Positions 50,763 to 61,124 of a stretch of 64,000 nucleotides of DNA are shown here, piece after piece (within the stretch, counting starts at the first letter, position 1; every line of letters starts with the position of its first letter). The notes under the pieces are model-generated. The model was not told where the DNA came from. It was given only the letters and a program-made list of their open reading frames with translations, and ran no database searches. Made by a program: the position numbers and the translations under genes. This stretch comes from Rickettsiales bacterium (GTDB lineage Bacteria > Pseudomonadota > Alphaproteobacteria > Rickettsiales > UBA998). The stretch spans positions 12,064 through 76,063 of the forward strand of contig JBGTBD010000019.1 in assembly GCA_041749475.1 (NCBI GenBank), in the 5' to 3' direction.

Positions 50763-52046
50763 ATGGGCATGACCGCACAGAAAGAAACAAGCTTGCAGGA
50801 AACGATGGAGCAGGTAGGCCATGCCGCCCGTGACGCCTATCTGCAACTTAGCAACGCCACATCCGATCAAAAAGTGAAAGCCTTGCAGGAAGCTGCGAAA
50901 CATTTGCGCGCTAACGCGTCCACCATCCTCACCGCCAATGCCAAGGACATGGAAGCCGCCACCGCAAAAGGCCTGACTTCTGCACTCCTCGACCGCCTAA
51001 AACTGGACGAAAAACGCGTTGAAAGCATGGCGCAAGGGTTGGAAGATATCGCACGTTTACCCGACCCCGTGGGCAAGAAAATCGCCGCATGGGATCGTCC
51101 TAACGGACTCAACATCTCCCGCGTCACCGTGCCCCTCGGCGTTATCGGCATCATCTACGAATCCCGTCCGAACGTGACGGCGGATGCAGGTGGGCTATGT
51201 CTCAAATCCGGCAACGCCGCCATCCTGCGCGGCGGCTCGGAAAGCGTCAACTCCACCCGCGCCATCGCCGCATCGCTCCATGCTGGGTTGAAAGCGGCTG
51301 GCCTGACCGAGACCGCCATCCAACTCGTTCCCACCACCGACCGCGAAGCCGTCGGCATTATGCTGAAGATGGTCGGCCTCATCGACGTCATCGTCCCCCG
51401 TGGCGGTGTATCTCTCACCAAGCGCGTCGCAGAGGAAAGCCGTATCCCCACCATTTTGCATCTCGACGGCAATTGTCATACCTATCTCCATGCCAGGGCC
51501 GATTCCAAGAAAGCCATCGAAGTAACGCTGAACGCCAAGATGCGCCGCACCGGCGTCTGCGGCGCAACGGAATCCATCCTCGTCGATGCATCGGTTGTAA
51601 ACACCATCTGGCCCGAAGTCGCCAAGGCATTGCTGGAAGCCGGTTGCGAGATTCGTGGGGACGCAGCCACGCGCGCTGCCGACAGCCGCATCATCGCCGC
51701 AACAGATGCCGACTGGGGTACGGAATATCTCGACAAGATCGTCTCCGCCAAGGTGGTGAACACGGTCGAAGAAGCCATCACCCATATCAACCGCTATGGC
51801 TCGCACCACACCGACGCTGTTATCACCGAGGACGCCTCCGCCGCCGCGACATTCCTAAAAGGCGTCGATAGCGCCATCGTCGTCCACAACGCCTCCACCC
51901 AGTTCGCCGACGGCGGTGAATTCGGCATGGGTGCGGAGATCGGCATCTCCACCGGTCGCCTCCACGCCCGTGGCCCCGTCGGCGCAGACCAACTCGTCAC
52001 CTATAAATATGTGGTTGAAGGTAATGGGCAAACGAGGCCAGTGTGA
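50763..52046 (+). CDS. proA: Gamma-glutamyl phosphate reductase
   Basis: Aldehyde dehydrogenase-type ProA with catalytic Cys in RTGVCGATESILV and NASTQFADGGEFG. Confidence 0.95.
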   Translation: MGMTAQKETSLQETMEQVGHAARDAYLQLSNATSDQKVKALQEAAKHLRANASTILTANAKDMEAATAKGLTSALLDRLKLDEKRVESMAQGLEDIARLPDPVGKKIAAWDRPNGLNISRVTVPLGVIGIIYESRPNVTADAGGLCLKSGNAAILRGGSESVNSTRAIAASLHAGLKAAGLTETAIQLVPTTDREAVGIMLKMVGLIDVIVPRGGVSLTKRVAEESRIPTILHLDGNCHTYLHARADSKKAIEVTLNAKMRRTGVCGATESILVDASVVNTIWPEVAKALLEAGCEIRGDAATRAADSRIIAATDADWGTEYLDKIVSAKVVNTVEEAITHINRYGSHHTDAVITEDASAAATFLKGVDSAIVVHNASTQFADGGEFGMGAEIGISTGRLHARGPVGADQLVTYKYVVEGNGQTRPV

Positions 52047-52597
52047 TAAGGCTTTGGAGATATCAAACACGTTTGCCGCAAGGGGGTGTTCTCACTGCGG
52101 TATCAGAGCAGAGCTTAAAGGAATATGATTATATTATTGCCCGTCCACGCTGGATGATGCTGATTTCATTCGTTTGTCTATTCTACACAGTGCTTTTTGC
52201 ATGGCTTGCCCGTAACCAACCCGATATGTATGTGAGTATGGCGGAGTATGGGTTAGCTCTCATGTCTTGCGTCCTGTGCTTTTGGACGGCACTTGATATG
52301 GTGCTGCCGACCCGATGGAGATTTAGAGTTGCCATTGGTCACAAGGGCATCCTTATTCGCCCGTACTGGTATGCCTCGCAACTGGTGTTGTTCCCCTGGT
52401 CAGAAGTCAGGGACTTTAAAAAAATGGGGTATGGAGAAACGTATATGTATGCAACAGGGAATGCTCAGTTCATCAGTTTCTGCTTTCGACAAGGTATATG
52501 GAATATGTGGACGATATATGGAGTTTCTGGAAAGAAATTAACCCGACTGGCTGAACACTATCTGCCGCCGGATGATAGATATTTTGTACGCTCATGA
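52043..52597 (+). CDS. Hypothetical membrane protein wedged between proA and nadD
   Basis: 184 aa with a GTG start. It has two predicted TM helices (WMMLISFVCLFYTVLFAWLA, YGLALMSCVLCFWTALDMVL) followed by an aromatic-rich soluble domain. It overlaps proA and nadD by 4 nt each. I recognise no family. Confidence 0.5.
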   Translation: MIRLWRYQTRLPQGGVLTAVSEQSLKEYDYIIARPRWMMLISFVCLFYTVLFAWLARNQPDMYVSMAEYGLALMSCVLCFWTALDMVLPTRWRFRVAIGHKGILIRPYWYASQLVLFPWSEVRDFKKMGYGETYMYATGNAQFISFCFRQGIWNMWTIYGVSGKKLTRLAEHYLPPDDRYFVRS

Positions 52598-53238
52598 AAA
52601 TCGGTCTTCTCGGTGGCTCGTTCAACCCGGCGCATGACGGGCATCGGTATGTCTCGTTGGAGGTGATGAAGCGGCTGGGGCTGGATGGTGTCTGGTGGCT
52701 GGTCTCTCCCGGCAACCCGCTCAAGGATACAAAAGACAATGCTGATTACGCCACGCGGCTGGAAAAAGCGCGGCATGTGAAATGCCATCCGCGCATCCAT
52801 GTCAGCGATATCGAACAGCGGTTCGGCACGCGCTACACCATCGACACGCTCCGCCGCCTGAAACAGAAATACCCGGAACATGACTTCGTCTGGATCATGG
52901 GCGCGGATAACCTCGCCCAGTTCCATCGCTGGAAACGCTGGCAGGATATCGCCCGCCTGATGCCGCTGATTGTCGTGGACAGGAAACCTTACACGCGGGC
53001 TGCATTGGCCTCCCCAGCGGCCAAAAACCTCACCCGCACGCCCGCACCGACCGCAACGAAAACTCGCGCAAACGGCGGGTTTTCCTACCTCTTCATCACC
53101 CCACACTCGCTTTCGGCGAGTTTTTTACGAAAAACACTTGGAAAAAAAGCATTTTCTTGGCATAATGAAGGGGTGGAAGAAACGGGCGGACAAGCCTTAC
53201 AGCCTCCCCCCGATTCCTCCGCGGGTAACCGAGCTTGA
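52594..53238 (+). CDS. nadD: Nicotinate-nucleotide adenylyltransferase
   Basis: GGSFNPAHDGH (H/TxGH motif), a WLVSPGNPLK motif, and proA / rsfS context. Confidence 0.85.
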   Translation: MKIGLLGGSFNPAHDGHRYVSLEVMKRLGLDGVWWLVSPGNPLKDTKDNADYATRLEKARHVKCHPRIHVSDIEQRFGTRYTIDTLRRLKQKYPEHDFVWIMGADNLAQFHRWKRWQDIARLMPLIVVDRKPYTRAALASPAAKNLTRTPAPTATKTRANGGFSYLFITPHSLSASFLRKTLGKKAFSWHNEGVEETGGQALQPPPDSSAGNRA

Positions 53239-53618
53239 GGAGGCTTTTTATACCAACCAGATCCAAACCCGAAGCGGACAGCGCACTTCGCAAACTGATT
53301 CTCGCTTCACTCGACGACAGCAAGGCTGAAGAAGTAGCGTTCGTCGATCTTTCCGGAAAAACCAGTTTCGCCGATGCTATGGTGATTGCAAACGGGCGCT
53401 CGCAGCGTCACGTCGGCAGCATCGCGGACAACGTGGCGAAGGCACTCCGTGAATACGGGATGCAGCATGTCACAATCGAAGGGAAAGAGACCTGCAACTG
53501 GGTGCTGATCGATGGGGGCGACATCATCGTCCACGTCTTCCGTCCTGAATTCCGCGAGATGTATAATCTCGAGAAAATGTGGTCGGTCGCACTCCCGCAG
53601 CAGGAAATGGCGCTCTAA
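53235..53618 (+). CDS. rsfS: Ribosome silencing factor RsfS
   Basis: LDDSKAEEVAFVDLSGKTSFADAMVIANGRSQRHV and HVFRPEFREMYNLEKMW, typical of RsfS/IojAP. The start codon is TTG. Confidence 0.85.
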   Translation: MRRLFIPTRSKPEADSALRKLILASLDDSKAEEVAFVDLSGKTSFADAMVIANGRSQRHVGSIADNVAKALREYGMQHVTIEGKETCNWVLIDGGDIIVHVFRPEFREMYNLEKMWSVALPQQEMAL

Positions 53619-53623
53619 GCCAC

Positions 53624-54109
53624 GTGCGCCAACTGCCGCCCCTGAAACTCCAGATCGCGTCTATCGGCAAATGGAAGCGCGGTCCGGAAGAAGCCCTCTT
53701 TGACCATTACGCCGCCCGCCTGCAATGGCCCCTCAAGCTGGAAGAACTTCCCGCTTCCACGAACCTCCCACTCGCCCAACAACAACACAAAGAAACCGCA
53801 TCGCTCGATGCCACCGCCCGCAAATTCGGTGCGGAGAAAACCGTGCTGATGGACGGCACGGGCAAAACGCTTTCCAGCGAAGAACTCGCCGCATGGATGG
53901 GCAGTGCTGCCAACGAAGGTGCCCGCCATATCAGTTTCTGGATCGGCGGAGATGGCGGCCTCGAAAAATCGACGCTCAGGCAAGCCTCGCTCGTGCTCTC
54001 ACTTGGTCGCTGCACATGGCCCCATCTGCTGGTGCGCGCACTTCTCGCCGAACAACTCTTCCGCAGCCAGTGCATCCTCACCGGCCATCCCTATCACCGC
54101 GCGGGATAA
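53624..54109 (+). CDS. rlmH: 23S rRNA (pseudouridine1915-N3)-methyltransferase RlmH
   Basis: SPOUT-type RlmH with IASIGKWKRGPE, FWIGGDGGL and GHPYHR. Start placed at GTG 53624, just after the rsfS stop; the exact start is uncertain. Confidence 0.8.
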   Translation: MRQLPPLKLQIASIGKWKRGPEEALFDHYAARLQWPLKLEELPASTNLPLAQQQHKETASLDATARKFGAEKTVLMDGTGKTLSSEELAAWMGSAANEGARHISFWIGGDGGLEKSTLRQASLVLSLGRCTWPHLLVRALLAEQLFRSQCILTGHPYHRAG

Positions 54110-54170
54110 TTTTATCTCCTGAATAGGGAATCCCTTGGCGGCAGCGCAAAAACTTTGCTATGCATGAGCC

Positions 54171-55742
54171 ATGACCACACTCCCGAACACCCCGCTCATC
54201 CTCGCCATCCTTGATGGGTGGGGCCATCGTCACGAAACCGATCACAACGCCATCCATGCCGCGAAGACGCCGACATGGGATTATCTGTGGAACGAATGCC
54301 CATCGACATTGATCGACGCATCGGAACACGAAGTCGGACTTCCCGACGGGCAGATGGGGAATTCCGAAGTCGGCCACATGAATATCGGCGCAGGCCGCGT
54401 CATCCTGCAAGACCTCCCCCGCATCGACAAAGCGGTGGAAGACGGCACCCTGAAAGAACATCCCAAACTGCAGCAATTCATTGCTGACTTACGCTCCTCC
54501 GGCGGGGATTGTCATCTCATGGGACTATTCTCCGATGGCGGTGTCCATGCGCACCTGAACCACATCGCCGCCCTGGCCGATATCGTCTCCGCCGAGGGCA
54601 TCCAAGTCTGGATACATGCCTTCCTCGACGGACGCGACACGCCGCCGCGCAGCGCGGACGCCTACCTTACCGGGTGGCAAAAACGCTTTGCTGGAAACGA
54701 CAAAGTAACATTTGGCGTCATCATCGGCCGTTATTTCGCGATGGATCGCGACAAGCGGTGGGATCGCGTCGAAAAAGCCTATAACGCAATGGTCGATGCC
54801 CAAGGCACGCCATTCACCGATGCCACAACCGTATTGGCCGAACGCTATGCCGCGAACGAGAATGACGAGTTCATCACCCCTTGCGTCCATGAAGAGTATT
54901 CCGGGATGCGCGATGGTGACGGGCTGCTGATGGCCAATTTCCGTGCCGACCGCGCCCGTCAATTGCTCACCACGCTGCTCGACCCCAGCTTCAGTGGTTT
55001 CCTTCGCAACCGCACCACACAGTTCCGCACCACGCTCGGCATGGTGGAATATTCCGAAGCATTGACATCGTTCATACCCGTCTTATTCCCGCCGGAATCA
55101 CCGGAGAACACCCTCGCCGAAGTGCTGTCCAATGCCGGGCTGAAACAACTCCATATCGCCGAGACGGAGAAATATGCGCACGTCACCTTCTTCCTGAACG
55201 GCGGCAGGGAGGAACCGTTCGCCGGGGAGGATCGTATCCTCATCCCGTCCCCCAACGTCGCGACGTACGATTTGAAACCAGAGATGTCGGCCTACGAAAT
55301 CACCGATGCCATTGTCACCGCACTGAATGAAAAACGCTACGACGTCATCATCGTCAACTACGCCAACGGCGACATGGTTGGCCATACCGGCGATCTCGAT
55401 GCCGCCCGCAAAGCCGTCGAAGCGGTGGACGCCTGTCTCGCGAAATTGAAGACCGCACTGGATGCTGCAGGCGGCACGATGCTGGTGACCGCGGACCACG
55501 GCAACGCAGAGATGATGTTCGACCCCGCGACCGATCAGGCGCATACCGCCCACACGCTGAACAAGGTTCCGTTTGTGTTATATAAAGCGGGCGCAGTCGC
55601 ATCCTGCCATATGGAAGAGGGGGGGCGCTTGGCGGATGTCGCGCCGACCGTGCTCGAACTTCTGGGCCTCCCCATCCCCTCCGAGATGACTGGTCGCTGC
55701 CTTGCATTACCGGGAAAAGAAAAGAAACGCGATGCGAGTTAG
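54171..55742 (+). CDS. gpmI: 2,3-bisphosphoglycerate-independent phosphoglycerate mutase
   Basis: LAILDGWG, GNSEVGHMNIGAGR and TADHGNAE motifs. Confidence 0.95.
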   Translation: MTTLPNTPLILAILDGWGHRHETDHNAIHAAKTPTWDYLWNECPSTLIDASEHEVGLPDGQMGNSEVGHMNIGAGRVILQDLPRIDKAVEDGTLKEHPKLQQFIADLRSSGGDCHLMGLFSDGGVHAHLNHIAALADIVSAEGIQVWIHAFLDGRDTPPRSADAYLTGWQKRFAGNDKVTFGVIIGRYFAMDRDKRWDRVEKAYNAMVDAQGTPFTDATTVLAERYAANENDEFITPCVHEEYSGMRDGDGLLMANFRADRARQLLTTLLDPSFSGFLRNRTTQFRTTLGMVEYSEALTSFIPVLFPPESPENTLAEVLSNAGLKQLHIAETEKYAHVTFFLNGGREEPFAGEDRILIPSPNVATYDLKPEMSAYEITDAIVTALNEKRYDVIIVNYANGDMVGHTGDLDAARKAVEAVDACLAKLKTALDAAGGTMLVTADHGNAEMMFDPATDQAHTAHTLNKVPFVLYKAGAVASCHMEEGGRLADVAPTVLELLGLPIPSEMTGRCLALPGKEKKRDAS

Positions 55743-56961
55743 TGCATTCTGGATGATGGCGGTGATGCTGGCGACGAGCCTCCCCGCCGTGTCCCAAACC
55801 CCCAGCAAAGCAGAGCTGGAACAGACCAATCGGGCCCTCGCCGAACGTAAAAAACAGAACGCCAAAATCATGGCGAATCTGGATCGTCTCGAAGCGGAGT
55901 TGGGCAAGCTCTCCACGCAAGTCACCAGCGTCGCCGGAAATCTCCAAAGTTCCGAACAGGAATATTACGCGCTGGAGCAACATCTCAGCTCACTCGAAAA
56001 AGAATATGCAGGCAAAGAACGTATCCTGCAGGCCAAGAGCAAGCAACTCGGCGCGATGCTCTCCACCATGATCCGCCTCTCCCGCGTACCGCAGGAATCA
56101 GCCATCCTGATGCCTGCGAAGTTCACCGACCGCATGATGGCATCGCGCGCCATCAGTCTCACCTCGCAATCGCTGAAAGGCGATATGGACGCCCTCACCG
56201 TAGACCTCGCCGAGTTAAAAGCGCTGGAGAAAAAACTCTCCACCCAGCGCGAAACGATGCGCAGCGAAAAAGCCAAACTCGAGGAACGCCGCGAAGCACT
56301 GCATGAAATCATCGACCGCCGCAAGGAGCTGATGGATTCCCTGCATAGTGAACAATCCGAACAGCAAAAATCCATCGCCTCCCTTGCCCGCAAAGCCAAC
56401 AACCTGCAAAGCCTGTTGGTGGCTTTGGAAAAGGAACGTCAGAAAACGCTGGAAGCGGAGACCGCGAAAATCGGCCTTCCCGTCTTCAAGCCCAGCGTCC
56501 CCGGCAAGCCTGCTTCCACACCGTTGAAGACCGCCTCCCGCGGACTGCCGCCTCTCGAAGTGAAGCTGGATAAAGGCTCCATGCACCTGCCCGTGGCGGG
56601 CAGCGTCAGTGGCCGCTACGGCGCGTCCCGTGGCAAGAACGACACGCTGCGCGGGCTGGAAATCAACACCGTTTCCGGTGCGCAAGTCGTGGCCCCGGCG
56701 GCGGGAGAAGTGCTTTATACGGGCAAATTCCTGACCTACGGACAGATGGTGATCATCCGCCATAGTCATCAATATCACACACTTTTGGCCGGATTCTCCA
56801 AAGTCGATTGCAGCCCCGGTCAGAGGCTATTGGCAGGCGAACCAATTGGTGTTATGGGTACGGAGAAGAAGCAGTTATATGTTGAATTACGCCGTGACGG
56901 TAAGCCCATCGACCCCCTGCCGTGGCTTTCCGGTAACAAAACCCAAATGGCAGGGCAGTAG
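55732..56961 (+). CDS. Coiled-coil M23/LytM-domain protein (EnvC-like murein hydrolase activator)
   Basis: Start at ATG 55732. It has a signal peptide, a long coiled-coil region and a C-terminal LytM domain (GLEINTVSGAQVVAPAAGEVLYTG...VIIRHSHQYHTLLAG). Confidence 0.8.
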   Translation: MRVSAFWMMAVMLATSLPAVSQTPSKAELEQTNRALAERKKQNAKIMANLDRLEAELGKLSTQVTSVAGNLQSSEQEYYALEQHLSSLEKEYAGKERILQAKSKQLGAMLSTMIRLSRVPQESAILMPAKFTDRMMASRAISLTSQSLKGDMDALTVDLAELKALEKKLSTQRETMRSEKAKLEERREALHEIIDRRKELMDSLHSEQSEQQKSIASLARKANNLQSLLVALEKERQKTLEAETAKIGLPVFKPSVPGKPASTPLKTASRGLPPLEVKLDKGSMHLPVAGSVSGRYGASRGKNDTLRGLEINTVSGAQVVAPAAGEVLYTGKFLTYGQMVIIRHSHQYHTLLAGFSKVDCSPGQRLLAGEPIGVMGTEKKQLYVELRRDGKPIDPLPWLSGNKTQMAGQ

Positions 56962-56996
56962 CATTGTAAACAGCATTGTAGCATTATAGGAATTGT

Positions 56997-58361
56997 ATGG
57001 CTTTGAAGCGTAATGGTATCTCCCGATTGTTGATGATGAGCGCACTGTCGCTCACCCTGCTTACCCCGAATAGTTGGGCGGCGGATGAGGCGAAGAAGAA
57101 GGAGCCGGAAAGCAAGGAGAATACCTACGAACTGCTGAACCTGTTCGGCGATGTGTTCGAGCGCGTCAAAAAAGATTATGTCGAGGAAGTCTCCGACTCG
57201 CAACTGATCGAAGCGGCCATCAACGGGATGCTCACCTCGCTCGACCCCCATTCCAGCTACATGAACGATAAAAGCTTCAAGGAGATGCAGGTTCAGACCA
57301 AAGGTGAATTCGGCGGCCTCGGCATCGAGGTGACAATGGAGAATAGCGTCGTCAAGGTCATCACCCCGATCGACGATACCCCCGCTTTCAAAGCAGGCAT
57401 CAAGCCCGGTGATTATATCACCGAAATCAACAAAGAATCCATCATGGGTCTCACCCTTAATGAGGCAGTCGAGAAGATGCGTGGGCCGGTGGGGACGAAA
57501 ATCGACCTCAGCATCATCCGCGAAGGCGTGACCGAGCCGATTAAAATCACTCTGACGCGCGACCTCATCCGCATCAAATCCATCAAGTTCCGTAAAGAGG
57601 GCGATATCGGCTATGTCCGAATCACCTCCTTCTCCGAGCAGACCTATTCCGGCATGGAGAGCGCGATCAGCCAGCTCAAGAAAGAGATTCCGGGTATGAA
57701 GGGTCTCGTGCTCGATCTGCGCAACAACCCCGGTGGCCTGCTCGATCAGGCGATTGCGGTGTCCGATGCGTTCCTCGATTACGGCGAGATCGTCTCCACC
57801 CGCGAGCGTGACCCCAACAACACCAAGCGCTACGCCGCCACCAAGGGTGACCTCATCAGCGGCCTGCCTATCGTCGTGCTCATCAATAACGGCTCCGCGT
57901 CCGCGTCCGAGATCGTCTCCGGCGCATTGAAAGACCATAAACGCGCCGTTATCATGGGGACCAAATCCTTCGGGAAAGGCTCCGTGCAGACCGTCATCCC
58001 GCTGCCCGCGCACGGGGCGATGCGCCTGACCACTTCGCGCTACTACACCCCGTCGGGGCATTCTATTCAGGCAAAGGGTATTGAGCCGGACATTATCGTC
58101 GAAGCGGCGACTATTCAGCCTATCGAGATGGGTGAGATCCGTACCGAAGCGGATCTCCGACGTGCGCTCGCCAATCTGGATAGCCAGAAAGAGCAGGGCG
58201 CGAAGGAAGGGGACAAGAAAACCTTCCCGACACTTGAGAAAAAGCCGACGGAAGGCAAGCTGCAAGTGCCGGGGGCTGAAGATTCCGACAAGGATTACCA
58301 GCTCGCCCGCGCACTTGATTTACTGCGTGGCCTGAGTGTGTATAATACCATGAAGAAATAA
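56997..58361 (+). CDS. ctpA: Carboxy-terminal processing (S41) protease
   Basis: PDZ domain plus S41 catalytic region (NNGSASASEIVSGALKDHKRAVIMGTKSFGKGSVQ). Confidence 0.9.
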   Translation: MALKRNGISRLLMMSALSLTLLTPNSWAADEAKKKEPESKENTYELLNLFGDVFERVKKDYVEEVSDSQLIEAAINGMLTSLDPHSSYMNDKSFKEMQVQTKGEFGGLGIEVTMENSVVKVITPIDDTPAFKAGIKPGDYITEINKESIMGLTLNEAVEKMRGPVGTKIDLSIIREGVTEPIKITLTRDLIRIKSIKFRKEGDIGYVRITSFSEQTYSGMESAISQLKKEIPGMKGLVLDLRNNPGGLLDQAIAVSDAFLDYGEIVSTRERDPNNTKRYAATKGDLISGLPIVVLINNGSASASEIVSGALKDHKRAVIMGTKSFGKGSVQTVIPLPAHGAMRLTTSRYYTPSGHSIQAKGIEPDIIVEAATIQPIEMGEIRTEADLRRALANLDSQKEQGAKEGDKKTFPTLEKKPTEGKLQVPGAEDSDKDYQLARALDLLRGLSVYNTMKK

Positions 58362-58402
58362 GGGTATGACGAGATAGTGTAAACCGAACCGAGGGTCGGC
58401 GA

Positions 58403-59617
58403 ATGGGCATGGCAGCGCGAATCAGACTACCCCGTCCGGAACGGGAGACGTTACCTTTCCTTGGTCTTTGCCTCGCCACGGTCGCGGTCTACATCGCCTG
58501 CGCGATGCTGGTGATCCAACTCCTCGGCCAGCAGGTCGGCCTCAATAAAAAAGCCTTCGAGGTCGGTCAGCATGTCCGCCTGCTGATTGAAAGCGGTCAG
58601 ATGGAAGGCAACATCGCGATGACGGTTCCGCCGCCCACTGCCCCAGCCCCTGAAACCGCGCCCGCACAACAATTCACTGACGCTCCACCCCCGCCAGCAG
58701 GGCAGCTTCCCACCACAGGGGATATTCCTGTCGGGACTGTACCGGAAACGTCTGCCACCATGCCTCTCGCGGTATCACCTCCCGCGCCCGTCGCCCACAT
58801 CGTTACCGCCCCGCTCAATCCCGCTCCCAATAAGGATTTGGTAGAACCGGGCAAGAAGGACGAAGAAACCGGCAAGATGATTCCGGCCTTGCCCAAAATT
58901 TCCGATAAAGGCGTCGAGCCGTGGACGTATTACGGCAAAGCGCTGCCCAAAGGCGCGGAAGGCCCGAAGATTGCACTACTGGTAGCAGGTCTGGGCATCA
59001 ACGCTGCTTACACCGAGCAAGCCATCGCCTTGCCGGAATATATCTCCCTCAGCTTTTCTCCCTATGCGCCGAACCTTGCTGCGCAGGTCAAACGCGCGCG
59101 GGACGCGGGGCATGAAGTCTGGCTGAACCTCCCCATGCAACCGGAAGATTACCCCGCGAGCGACCCCGGCCCGTATGCGTTGCTCACCTCCCTGAAACCG
59201 TCAGAACTGAAAGAACGCCTCCATCTCATGATGGGCCTCGCTCCCGGTATCGTCGGCTTCCTGGCTCCGCAGCATGAGATTTTCTCTAACGAGAAACAGA
59301 TCGCCGACGTGATGAAGGAAATCAAACAGCGCGGCATGGTGCTGGCGCTCCGCAACCGCAACTTCACATCCGAAGAATCGGCAAGCCACATGCTCTACGT
59401 CAACCGCGAACTCGATGCGGCGCGGGATGTGAACGCGCCTTTGCCAGAACAATTGCTGACCGAACTGGAAGCGGTAGGGCTGGGCAGTGAAGTGGCACTC
59501 GGCGTCGTCGATTACGCCCCGGCAATCCTCTCCGGTTTGCCACAATGGGCGGCGGGCCTGCAAGAAAAAGGGCTGACGCTGGTCGGGGCGTCTGCTATCC
59601 GCGAAAAGAAGAAATAA
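58403..59617 (+). CDS. Divergent polysaccharide deacetylase-family protein (YibQ-like) with N-terminal TM and Pro-rich linker
   Basis: The C-terminal half (IALLVAGLGIN..., SPYAPN..., WLNLPMQP) resembles the YibQ/DUF610 family. Its position after ctpA is conserved in many Proteobacteria. Confidence 0.65.
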   Translation: MGMAARIRLPRPERETLPFLGLCLATVAVYIACAMLVIQLLGQQVGLNKKAFEVGQHVRLLIESGQMEGNIAMTVPPPTAPAPETAPAQQFTDAPPPPAGQLPTTGDIPVGTVPETSATMPLAVSPPAPVAHIVTAPLNPAPNKDLVEPGKKDEETGKMIPALPKISDKGVEPWTYYGKALPKGAEGPKIALLVAGLGINAAYTEQAIALPEYISLSFSPYAPNLAAQVKRARDAGHEVWLNLPMQPEDYPASDPGPYALLTSLKPSELKERLHLMMGLAPGIVGFLAPQHEIFSNEKQIADVMKEIKQRGMVLALRNRNFTSEESASHMLYVNRELDAARDVNAPLPEQLLTELEAVGLGSEVALGVVDYAPAILSGLPQWAAGLQEKGLTLVGASAIREKKK

Positions 59618-59618
59618 C

Positions 59619-60110
59619 ATGAATACTGTGCAACCCGCTGCCCTAGACCCGACAACGCTGCCCTATCGCCCCTGCGTTGGTATCATGCTCCTCAACTCCC
59701 ATAACGAGGTCTTCGTCGGCCAGCGTATTGATATGCGTACCGAAGCCTGGCAGATGCCGCAGGGCGGTATCGATCCCGGCGAGGAGCCCCTTGCCACCGC
59801 CTTCCGTGAGTTAAAAGAAGAGGTGGGGACGGATAAGGCACGACTGCTCGCCGAGAGCAGTGAATGGATGTCCTACGACCTGCCGCCGGATCTGATACCC
59901 GTCGTCTGGGGCGGCAAATATCGCGGCCAGCGCCAGAAATGGTTCGCCATGCGTTTCGAAGGTGTGGACACCGACATCGACATCGCCACCGAGCATCAGG
60001 AATTCCACACCTGGCGCTGGGTCAAGCCGCATGATCTGCCCGTGCTGATCGTGCCCTTCAAACGCAAGCTCTATGCGCAGGTGCTGGAAGAATTCTCAGG
60101 ACTTCTTTAA
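59619..60110 (+). CDS. rppH: RNA pyrophosphohydrolase (Nudix)
   Basis: Nudix box GGIDPGEEPLATAFRELKEEVG, with YRPCVGIMLLN and WQMPQGG in the RppH context. Confidence 0.9.
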   Translation: MNTVQPAALDPTTLPYRPCVGIMLLNSHNEVFVGQRIDMRTEAWQMPQGGIDPGEEPLATAFRELKEEVGTDKARLLAESSEWMSYDLPPDLIPVVWGGKYRGQRQKWFAMRFEGVDTDIDIATEHQEFHTWRWVKPHDLPVLIVPFKRKLYAQVLEEFSGLL

Positions 60111-60212
60111 AGAGTATTATACGAGGTCAGTAGACCGAGTCAGCCCTGAGCGGTGAGCGCCAGTGAACACCTATTGCGCAGGCCAGTAGGCCGAGCAGGG
60201 GAAATAATAAAC

Positions 60213-61124
60213 CTAACTACTGCTATGCAGCATCGTCCCCGCGCCTTCGCCGGTGAAGATTTCGAGGAGTAGGACGTGCGGCAGACGGCCATCGAGGATG
60301 TGGACGGCTTCCGCGCCATGCTCCAGCGCATAGAGGCAGGTTTCCACTTTCGGAATCATCCCGCCCGTCACCGTGCCGTCTTCAATCAGCTCCCGCGCAT
60401 CGGCGCAGGTGAGTTCGCTGAACAGTTCTTTTTCCTTGCTGAGCACGCCGGGCACATCCGTCAGGAACAGAAGTTTCGATGCCCGCATCGCCCCGGCAAT
60501 CGCCCCGGCAGCGGTATCGGCGTTGATATTATACGTCTGCCCGTCCGCCCCCAATCCAATCGGCGCAACGACGGGGATGAGGCCGTCCCCGGCGAAATCT
60601 TCGAGGATTTTTGGGCGCACGATTTCCGGGTCGCCGACGAAGCCGAGGTCAAGCACCCGCTCGATGTTGGAATCGGGATCTTTCTTGGTACGGGTCAACT
60701 TCTTGGCCTGAATGAGATTCCCGTCTTTCCCCGAAATCCCCACGGCCATCCCACCCGCTTCGTTGATGGCGGAGACGATCTGTTTGTTGATAAGCCCGGA
60801 GAGCACCATCTCGACGATCTCTACCGTTGCCTCATCCGTGATACGAAGTCCGTCCACGAACGAGCTCTGGATTTTCAACCGCTCCAGCATCGCCCCGATC
60901 TGCGGCCCGCCGCCGTGGACGACGATGGGGTTGATGCCGATTTGCTTCATCAGCACGATGTCCTCGGCAAATTTCTTGGCGAGCGTATCGTCACCCATCG
61001 CATGTCCGCCGTATTTAATGACGAAGGTTTTGCCCGCGAACTGGCGCATGTAGGGGAGCGCCTCGGAGATCGTCCGGGCGACGCGCAGCCATGCGGCGGG
61101 GTTGGTTAGCGGGCGTTTTTTCAT
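60213..61124 (-). CDS. argB: Acetylglutamate kinase
   Basis: [19 protein letters not shown] and [10 protein letters not shown] motifs. Confidence 0.95.
   Translation of the reverse strand: MKKRPLTNPAAWLRVARTISEALPYMRQFAGKTFVIKYGGHAMGDDTLAKKFAEDIVLMKQIGINPIVVHGGGPQIGAMLERLKIQSSFVDGLRITDEATVEIVEMVLSGLINKQIVSAINEAGGMAVGISGKDGNLIQAKKLTRTKKDPDSNIERVLDLGFVGDPEIVRPKILEDFAGDGLIPVVAPIGLGADGQTYNINADTAAGAIAGAMRASKLLFLTDVPGVLSKEKELFSELTCADARELIEDGTVTGGMIPKVETCLYALEHGAEAVHILDGRLPHVLLLEIFTGEGAGTMLHSSS

Noticed and set aside
60125-60198. Imperfect direct repeat ggtcagtagaccgagtcag (60125..60143) and ggccagtaggccgag-cag (60181..60198) in the rppH-argB convergent gap
   Set aside because: There are only two copies, with about 16 of 19 matches, one gap and no associated hairpin or spacer regularity. 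It is not CRISPR-like and cannot be distinguished from chance or a decayed repeat without genome-wide counts.
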